Below, piece after piece: positions 57,332 through 64,000 of a stretch of 64,000 nucleotides of DNA; the first letter of the stretch is position 1, and each line of letters starts with the position of its first letter. The position numbers and the translations under genes were made by a program. Below the pieces are notes generated by a model that was not told the origin of the DNA, did no database searches, and was given only the letters and a program-made list of their open reading frames with translations. Origin of the DNA: Fusobacteriota bacterium (GTDB lineage: Bacteria; Bacillota; TC1); contig WTXA01000004.1 in NCBI GenBank assembly GCA_009773805.1, positions 295 to 64,294 of the forward strand, in the 5' to 3' direction.

Positions 57332-58740
57332 GTGCTACCTTCTTTAGTATCAATTATTTCTATATCGAGTTTAGTAAGTTCATTTCTTATTAAATCCCCA
57401 TAAGCAAAATTTTTATCTTTTCTAGCCATGTTTCTAACATCTAATAATATTTCCATAACTTTATTAAACGTACCATTATCATCTCCTTCAAGAACTTCTT
57501 CCTCCACCTTTTCAAATGGTAGAACAGCTAAAATATCAACTAGATACTTCTTGAAGATGCTGAAGGCTTTTTCCAAACCCTTTTGATTATATAAATTTTC
57601 CTTAATTGCCTTTGTGACTATCTTGCTACCATCAAAGAAGAAACTAAAAGCTAATGCTGTATTAAAGTCATCTTGTAATGCTTTTTCTATTTTTTCTTCG
57701 ATTTTAGTAAATTCATTTTCTAGAATATCATTTTGATTATCTCTATTATCATTAATCAGTTTTTCTAGATTATTATAAGCAGTCATCAACTTAGTCAATG
57801 ATTTCTCACTTTCAACCAAGGCACCATCATTGAAATCAATTGGATTTCTATAGTGTGAGGACAAAATGAAGTATCTGATTACTTCACCACTGAATTTCTC
57901 TAAAATTTCTCTTACTAAAAAGAAATTACCTAAAGACTTGCTCATTTTCTCCTTATTTACGGTAATAAAACCATTATGCATCCAGTAATTAACAAATGGT
58001 TTTCCTGTATAACCTTCAGATTGAGCAACCTCATTCTCATGATGTGGGAATATTAAGTCTTGACCGCCACCATGAATATCTAAAGTTGGACTTTTTGTAT
58101 ATTTCATGCTCATTGTTGAACATTCAATGTGCCAGCCTGGTCTGCCATTTCCCCATGGGCTGACCCAATTGATTTCACCCTCTTTGGCAGTTTTCCATAA
58201 GGCAAAATCAAGTGGGCTTCTTTTTTTATCCCCAATTTCAACTCTTGCTCCAGATTTTAAATCATCAATATTCTTGCCTGAAAGTTTTCCATAAGGTTTA
58301 TAGTTCCTTACATCGAAGTAAACATCACCTTCTACCTCATAAGCAAATCCTTTTTTTATCAATGTATCTATAAATTCAATAATTTCTTCAATATTCTCAC
58401 TAACTTTAGGATGAAAAGTTGCTTCTTTTACTCTAAGACTATTAGCGTCTTTTCTATATTCTTCAATGTATTTAGCAGCTAATTCCAAAGGTCCTATTCC
58501 CTCTTCTTTACTTTTATTAATGATTTTATCATCAACATCAGTATAGTTTTGAATATAATTAACTTGATAACCGATTGAGGCCAAATAATTTCTAAAAGTA
58601 TCAAAAACCACCATAGGTCTAGCATTACCAATATGGATGAAATTGTATGTAGTAGGCCCACATACATACATATTGACTATACCCTTATGAATTGTATTAA
58701 ATTCTTCTTTTTTCCTACTTATGGTGTTATATATTTTCAT
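57316..58740 (-). CDS. cysS: Cysteinyl-tRNA synthetase
   Basis: HIGNARP (HIGH) and KMSKS motifs. Confidence 0.95.
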   Translation of the reverse strand: MKIYNTISRKKEEFNTIHKGIVNMYVCGPTTYNFIHIGNARPMVVFDTFRNYLASIGYQVNYIQNYTDVDDKIINKSKEEGIGPLELAAKYIEEYRKDANSLRVKEATFHPKVSENIEEIIEFIDTLIKKGFAYEVEGDVYFDVRNYKPYGKLSGKNIDDLKSGARVEIGDKKRSPLDFALWKTAKEGEINWVSPWGNGRPGWHIECSTMSMKYTKSPTLDIHGGGQDLIFPHHENEVAQSEGYTGKPFVNYWMHNGFITVNKEKMSKSLGNFFLVREILEKFSGEVIRYFILSSHYRNPIDFNDGALVESEKSLTKLMTAYNNLEKLINDNRDNQNDILENEFTKIEEKIEKALQDDFNTALAFSFFFDGSKIVTKAIKENLYNQKGLEKAFSIFKKYLVDILAVLPFEKVEEEVLEGDDNGTFNKVMEILLDVRNMARKDKNFAYGDLIRNELTKLDIEIIDTKEGSTWKKK

Positions 58741-59219
58741 TATGATTTCCTTTCTTCAAGCAAGACTACAACTTGACTCTTGATGCCTTCAAGATTCCCT
58801 GTAAAACCAAGATATTCCTCAGTTGTTGCCTTGATACTTACTTGTTCAATATTTAAATCTAGGACATCGCAAATATTCTTAATCATTTCAGGAAGATAAT
58901 CCTTCAACTTTGGTTCTTGAGCTATTATTATTGAATCTATATTTACTATTTCAAAGTTTTTTCCCTTGATGATATCATTGACTCTAGTTAATAACTTTAA
59001 GCTATCTGCTCCTTTATATGTATCATCATTATCAGGGAAATGCTGACCTATATCACCAAGAGCCAGAGCTCCAAGCATAGCATCCATCAAAGCGTGTACT
59101 AGTACATCAGCATCAGAATGACCAAGAAGACCAAGTTCAAATGGCACTTTAACTCCACCAAGTATCAAAGGTCTATCTTTTATTAATTTATGAACATCAT
59201 AACCTATTCCAATTCTCAT
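58740..59219 (-). CDS. ispF: 2-C-methyl-D-erythritol 2,4-cyclodiphosphate synthase
   Basis: [12 protein letters not shown] and GHSDADV motifs. The track ORF's 24-aa N-terminal extension is rejected. Confidence 0.92.
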   Translation of the reverse strand: MRIGIGYDVHKLIKDRPLILGGVKVPFELGLLGHSDADVLVHALMDAMLGALALGDIGQHFPDNDDTYKGADSLKLLTRVNDIIKGKNFEIVNIDSIIIAQEPKLKDYLPEMIKNICDVLDLNIEQVSIKATTEEYLGFTGNLEGIKSQVVVLLEERKS

Positions 59220-59895
59220 TTTGCCTCCCAAGTAAAAATTCAAATAAAGCAAGATCCATAGAATCAGTGATTTTAAAAGCTTCTTCATCACCTTCCATTA
59301 CACCAACAAAACTACCATTCATTTCTAATATACTTGCATCATCAGTGGCTAATTTAAGCTTATCTCCAATATTTTTTATTGCTTCTAGATAATCCTTAAC
59401 CTTTACCAGCTGAGGTGTGCCTACCCTTCTTATATTTGCCCTGTCAATCGTCTTATCAACCATACCGTCCTTAACTAATTTAACAGTATCTTTTACTGGT
59501 AGTATTGGTACAATTCCACTTATATCATTATTTATAATACCTTGTGCTAGCACCTCAACCATATTCTTACTGACAAGTGGTCTTACACTATCATGAATAG
59601 CTACATAATCATCTTCCTTGTTAAGACAATTAATACCATTTAGGACTGATTCATAACGTTCCTTGCCCCCATTTGCATATTGAATACTTACTTTAAAATT
59701 TTCTAAGTGTTTTTTTAAATATTCTTGGTATTGCATATCAATCACAATTATAAATCTTTTAACACCAGCCTTAACTAAATTGGATATTGTGTAATAAATT
59801 AAAGGTTTTCCCTTAATCTCTATATATTGTTTTGGTATATTTGCTCCCATTCGCAGGCCTTTACCTCCTGCAACTATAATATAGGGAATATCCAT
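59197..59895 (-). CDS. ispD: 2-C-methyl-D-erythritol 4-phosphate cytidylyltransferase
   Basis: [11 protein letters not shown] motif. Directly precedes ispF. Confidence 0.92.
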   Translation of the reverse strand: MDIPYIIVAGGKGLRMGANIPKQYIEIKGKPLIYYTISNLVKAGVKRFIIVIDMQYQEYLKKHLENFKVSIQYANGGKERYESVLNGINCLNKEDDYVAIHDSVRPLVSKNMVEVLAQGIINNDISGIVPILPVKDTVKLVKDGMVDKTIDRANIRRVGTPQLVKVKDYLEAIKNIGDKLKLATDDASILEMNGSFVGVMEGDEEAFKITDSMDLALFEFLLGRQNENWNRL

Positions 59896-60956
59896 TAGAT
59901 TTCTCCTTTTATCTTGGCAAAGATTAACCTTCCAGCCGAAGTTTGCATAACACTTGTAACTACAAGAAACACATCTTTGCCGACCATGTTCTCACCATTT
60001 TCAACTATTACCATAGTACCGTCATCAAGATAGCCTACACCTTGCTTATTTTCCTTGCCTTTTTTTAATAAATTCAGATAAAACTCTTCTCCAGGTATAA
60101 GTATTGGTTTCAAAGAGTTGGCTAGTTCATTAATATTCAATACCTTCACACCTTGAACTCCAGCTACTTTATTTAGATTAAAATCATTGGTCAATAATTT
60201 TCCACCATTGATTTTTACTAGTCTGACAATCTTACCATCTACCTCAGGAATATCATTTATAGTGACATCTTCTGTTTTAGGTATTAGAATTTTAATATAG
60301 CTTTCGCTTTGCATAGTTTTGATAGTATCTAGACCTTGACGACCTTTAACTCTTTTTAAATCATCAGCTGAATCTGCAAGTTTTTGTAGTTCATCGATAA
60401 CAAAATCAGGAATTATTAAAGTGCCATCAATAAAACCAGTTTTTGCCAAATCAGCAATCCTACCATCAATTATTACACTGGTATCAACATATTTATAACT
60501 TGAGAAATCATCTTTTTTCCCTTTGCCTATAAATGCTAGAATTTCATCTTTTCTTTTAATAGATTCTATCCAACCGACAACTCCAAGGATAATACTTATT
60601 AATACTAATAAAAAATTGCCAACTACAGGTATTTTAACAAAAATGAATTCCATAACCCAAGCAATTCTCAAACTGATTATTACTCCAATAATACCGATTA
60701 TACCTTCAGTCAAAGTATAGTTTGACATGAATTTCATCAAACCTTTTATGAGTCTTATTATTAGATAAATCAACAAAATAGCTAAAATGATATTTACAGC
60801 AATTATAATAAATATATTTAATACAGAAAATTGCATTGTGAAAATATTGCTTAAATATTCATCGTAGAAATAGACTGTTAAAATCCATAATGAGCCAGCA
60901 AGTATCAAGGTTGCCAAAGCTATCATGACTCTAATTATCAAGTTATTGTTTTTCAT
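59895..60956 (-). CDS. yacL: PIN/TRAM-domain membrane protein (YacL-like)
   Basis: N-terminal TM helices, PIN domain, C-terminal TRAM. Conserved position between radA and ispD. Confidence 0.8.
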   Translation of the reverse strand: MKNNNLIIRVMIALATLILAGSLWILTVYFYDEYLSNIFTMQFSVLNIFIIIAVNIILAILLIYLIIRLIKGLMKFMSNYTLTEGIIGIIGVIISLRIAWVMEFIFVKIPVVGNFLLVLISIILGVVGWIESIKRKDEILAFIGKGKKDDFSSYKYVDTSVIIDGRIADLAKTGFIDGTLIIPDFVIDELQKLADSADDLKRVKGRQGLDTIKTMQSESYIKILIPKTEDVTINDIPEVDGKIVRLVKINGGKLLTNDFNLNKVAGVQGVKVLNINELANSLKPILIPGEEFYLNLLKKGKENKQGVGYLDDGTMVIVENGENMVGKDVFLVVTSVMQTSAGRLIFAKIKGEI

Positions 60957-62334
60957 TATTGCCTCCTTTATTGTAGCTTAAGAAAATATTAACTGCTTCT
61001 TTTATATTGCTTACTTCAATAATTTCTATATTCTTATTAGCCTTCTTCAAACCTTTTGTTTTAGGAACAATGATTTTTTCAAAACCAAGTTTTTCACTTT
61101 CTTTTATTCTTTGTTCTAACCCAGATACGGTTCTAATTTCTCCTGTTAGTCCGATTTCACCAACTACTAGAACATTCTTATTGATAGGTATGTTATATAA
61201 ACTGGAAATTAATGCTATTACTACACCTAAGTCAAGGCCTCTATCCTCGATTTTTAAACCACCGACTATATTGAAATAAATATCCTTCTTACCCATAGAA
61301 AGCTTCATATTCTTTTCTAAGACTGCTATCAGTAAAATAATTCTATTTAAGTCAATCCCCGTCGATAGTCTTCGCGGAACTGGAAAACTACTATCTACTG
61401 TTAATGATTGTATTTCAAGCAGCAAAGTTCTAGTGCCCTCTATTACTGGTACAATAATTGAACCAGGTACTACTTCAGACATATGTGTTAAGAAATATTT
61501 GCTAGGATTAATAACTTCAACAAGTCCCTCTTCCCCCATTTCAAATACACCAATTTCCTGGGTACTACCAAAACGGTTTTTAGCACTTCTTAAAATCCTG
61601 TAACTATGATCCTTTTCACCTTCCAGATAAAGTACTGTATCTACCATATGTTCCAGGACTTTAGGTCCTGCAATATTTCCTGACTTAGTAACATGCCCTA
61701 CAATCAATACAGAACGACCCTGTCCCTTGGCTATTTTCATAAGCGTAAGAGTAGCCTCTCTAACTTGTCCAACACTACCTGGCGTGCCTGTCATTTCATT
61801 TTGGTATACAGTCTGTATAGAGTCAATAATAATATATAAAGGGTCTATATCATTAATTGTAGCACAAATATCATCCATATTGTTTTCTGCTAAAATGTAA
61901 ATATTTTCTTTAGGCAGGCCTAGTCTTTCTACTCTCATCTTAATCTGCCTTGCAGACTCTTCCCCTGAAACATAAAGAACTTTATTTTCTGAACCTAAGG
62001 ATGAGGCTAGTTGCATTAATAGAGTAGATTTACCAATTCCAGGATCACCTGCTATAAGTGTTAATGAGCCAATTACCAAGCCACCACCAAGAACTCTATC
62101 AACTTCTTGATTGCTTGTTTTCACTCTTCTAAAATCTTCTATTAAAACATCTTCCAGCAAAGTTGCCTTAGGATATTCTTTAGCTTTTATACTATGTTTT
62201 TTCTTATCATCAGCAACATCATGATTCATTTCTTCAATATAAGAATTCCAACTTGAACAAACTGGGCATTTCCCCAACCATTTCCCTGACTGATTTCCAC
62301 ATTCATTACAGACAAAGTGAGTCTTGTTTTTCAT
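60943..62334 (-). CDS. radA: DNA repair protein RadA
   Basis: N-terminal Cys4 zinc finger (CNECG...CPVC), Walker A GDPGIGKST, KNRFG motif, Lon-like C-domain. Confidence 0.95.
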   Translation of the reverse strand: MKNKTHFVCNECGNQSGKWLGKCPVCSSWNSYIEEMNHDVADDKKKHSIKAKEYPKATLLEDVLIEDFRRVKTSNQEVDRVLGGGLVIGSLTLIAGDPGIGKSTLLMQLASSLGSENKVLYVSGEESARQIKMRVERLGLPKENIYILAENNMDDICATINDIDPLYIIIDSIQTVYQNEMTGTPGSVGQVREATLTLMKIAKGQGRSVLIVGHVTKSGNIAGPKVLEHMVDTVLYLEGEKDHSYRILRSAKNRFGSTQEIGVFEMGEEGLVEVINPSKYFLTHMSEVVPGSIIVPVIEGTRTLLLEIQSLTVDSSFPVPRRLSTGIDLNRIILLIAVLEKNMKLSMGKKDIYFNIVGGLKIEDRGLDLGVVIALISSLYNIPINKNVLVVGEIGLTGEIRTVSGLEQRIKESEKLGFEKIIVPKTKGLKKANKNIEIIEVSNIKEAVNIFLSYNKGGNNEKQ

Positions 62335-62336
62335 TT

Positions 62337-63317
62337 TTATCCTTCCAATACTGTTTTAATCAAATCTTTTAATACATCTACTTGAGTACAGCTATTAATT
62401 ATATTTCTATAATAGGAACCGTTTTTAATACCCTTTAAGTACCAACCAAAATGTTTTCTCATTTCCCTGACTGCAATGATTTCTCCCTTATCTTCTATTG
62501 TATAATCAAGTTGTCTAATTGCCATCATAAGTTTTTCTTCATTACTAGCCAAGGTGAATTTACCTGTATTAAAATATTCCATAATCTCTTTAAATAAAAA
62601 AGGGTTTCCTAGAAAGCCTCTACCGATTAAAATACCATCACAACCTGTTTCTATTAGCATCTTTTCTGCACTATATGGATCATTTACATCACCATTACCG
62701 ATAACTGGTATAGAGACATTTTCTTTGACCATTTTTATATAATCCCAATCAGCTTTTCCACTGTAATATTGTTCTCGGTCTCTTCCGTGGATGAATATCG
62801 CTTCAACTCCAACCTTTTCAGCACCTTTAATAATTGGCATTGCGTCGTGATTTCCTTCACTAAAGCCTTTTCTTATTTTTAAAGTTACTGGTACATCAAC
62901 GCTTTTAACTAGACCTTCTAAAATACTGATTGCCTTTTCTGGTTCCTTCAACAATGCTGATCCTTCAAAATTCTTAACGATTTTAGGTGCAGGACAACCA
63001 ATGTTGAAATCTATAATATCTGCACCAATACTTTCAAGATATTTAGCGCTTTCTGTAATTTCCTTTATATTGTTACCAAATAGCTGCATGCCAATCGGTT
63101 TTTCTTCTCCACTGATATCAACAATTTTTCTGCTTTTCTCATTTTCATAGATAAGTGCTTTAGCACTTACCATTTCGGTAAATACTAAAGGCACTCCATT
63201 TTCTTTTAATACTCTTCGGTATGCTTTATCACTAACACCTGCTAATGGAGCAGAGATTATTGGATTATCTATTTCTATTTTTCCAATTTTAAGTGATTTC
63301 ATATCTATTTTTGTCAT
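62337..63317 (-). CDS. dusB: tRNA-dihydrouridine synthase
   Basis: TIM-barrel Dus blocks (APLAGVSD, DFNIGCP, NGDV). Confidence 0.88.
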   Translation of the reverse strand: MTKIDMKSLKIGKIEIDNPIISAPLAGVSDKAYRRVLKENGVPLVFTEMVSAKALIYENEKSRKIVDISGEEKPIGMQLFGNNIKEITESAKYLESIGADIIDFNIGCPAPKIVKNFEGSALLKEPEKAISILEGLVKSVDVPVTLKIRKGFSEGNHDAMPIIKGAEKVGVEAIFIHGRDREQYYSGKADWDYIKMVKENVSIPVIGNGDVNDPYSAEKMLIETGCDGILIGRGFLGNPFLFKEIMEYFNTGKFTLASNEEKLMMAIRQLDYTIEDKGEIIAVREMRKHFGWYLKGIKNGSYYRNIINSCTQVDVLKDLIKTVLEG

Positions 63318-64000
63318 AAATTATCTTTAGTCCTTCTAATGTTAAATTAAAATCTGCATAATGTATTTCTTTTTTCAAATACTCACTAAAGTATCTTGAT
63401 ACTCCTCCTGATAATATAACTATAAGGTCATTACCGTAATGTTCTTTAATTAAAGAAATATAGCACTTGATTGAACAAGCATAGGAATAGAATAAACCAC
63501 TAGAAATTGAATCAACTGAGTTTTTTCCTATTGGATCCTTTGGCATTTTCAAACCTACATCCGGTAACTGAGCAGTTTTCTTAAACAAACCTTCACTACC
63601 AATTTGAAAACCAGGTGCAATGGCCACTCCTATGAATTCACCATTTTCAGTAACTACTGAATATTTTGTAGCAGTTCCACAATTTATTATCAATAGATTC
63701 TTTTTGTATTTAACATGTCCCGCCAAAGCATCTGCAATTAAATCAGCTCCAACCTCTTTTGGATTATCTACTTTTAGTTTAATCCCAGTTTTTATCCCTG
63801 GTTCAACCAATATTGGTTTAATATTGAAATATGTATCCAAAGCTTCAGATAAGGCATTATTGATGCTTGGCACTACTGATGCAATAGAAGCTCCTGTTAT
63901 GCTTGTCTTATCTATATTATTAAGGTTAAGTATACTAATTAGATAAAGAGCAAATTCATCCTTGGTCTTTATTTTTTTTGTTTCCATTGTAAATGTTTTT
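63289..64000 (-). CDS. coaX: Type III pantothenate kinase (5-prime end beyond the window)
   Basis: NCGTATK and ILSGG blocks. The reading frame stays open upstream of the track's Met to the window edge, so the N-terminus is missing. Confidence 0.85.
   Translation of the reverse strand, partial: KTFTMETKKIKTKDEFALYLISILNLNNIDKTSITGASIASVVPSINNALSEALDTYFNIKPILVEPGIKTGIKLKVDNPKEVGADLIADALAGHVKYKKNLLIINCGTATKYSVVTENGEFIGVAIAPGFQIGSEGLFKKTAQLPDVGLKMPKDPIGKNSVDSISSGLFYSYACSIKCYISLIKEHYGNDLIVILSGGVSRYFSEYLKKEIHYADFNLTLEGLKIIYDKNRYEIT

Noticed and set aside
1-64000. Search for CRISPR arrays, rRNA/tRNA genes, transposases, integrases, prophage or toxin-antitoxin modules
   Set aside because: No direct-repeat/spacer arrays, tRNA-like cloverleaf-sized gaps, recombinase-like ORFs or terminal inverted repeats were seen. 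All sizeable intergenic gaps are accounted for by promoters, terminators, the T-box leader, the SCIFF gene or the peroxiredoxin N-terminus.

Overview
Chromosomal window from a low-GC Firmicute, probably Clostridia/Tissierellia-like. This rests on sigH, a SCIFF peptide locus, ChW repeats, and the conserved syntenies pcrA-ligA-gatCAB and sigH-rlmB-thyX-mrnC-cysS-ispF-ispD-yacL-radA-dusB-coaX. Most of the window is housekeeping: two class A PBPs, two LtaS-family paralogs, tyrS, thrS with a Thr T-box leader, cysS, polA, mutM, coaE, rsmA, lgt, trxB, htrA, pepD and asnB. No rRNA, tRNA, CRISPR array or mobile element was seen. Four things stand out. (1) A tightly packed, single-strand operon at about 22.7-37.2 kb, plus a neighbouring reductase gene ending at 38.2 kb. 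It combines two methenyl-H4MPT-cyclohydrolase (Mch)-like paralogs, an acetoin/pyruvate-dehydrogenase-like E1alpha/E1beta/E2 with no E3, an iron-sulfur-flavoprotein-like gene, its own lipoate-ligase-family gene, an SDR, a GntR regulator, a BMP-family ABC importer, a cog0402-type amidohydrolase and a RibD_C/DHFR-fold reductase. I know of no characterised pathway with this composition. I propose it as a candidate undescribed catabolic system for a fused-pyrimidine heterocycle (pteridine, purine or flavin type). (2) A Bcp/PrxQ peroxiredoxin whose peroxidatic Cys codon is an in-frame TGA, so it is a likely selenoprotein that the ORF track truncates. (3) A 48-aa SCIFF six-cysteine precursor, absent from the ORF track, sits next to its radical SAM/SPASM maturase. 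(4) A secreted ChW-repeat/C39-like peptidase gene built of 468-bp tandem units keeps a consensus promoter but is broken by 19-nt and 8-nt deletions. All family assignments come from motif recognition by eye; no searches were run.
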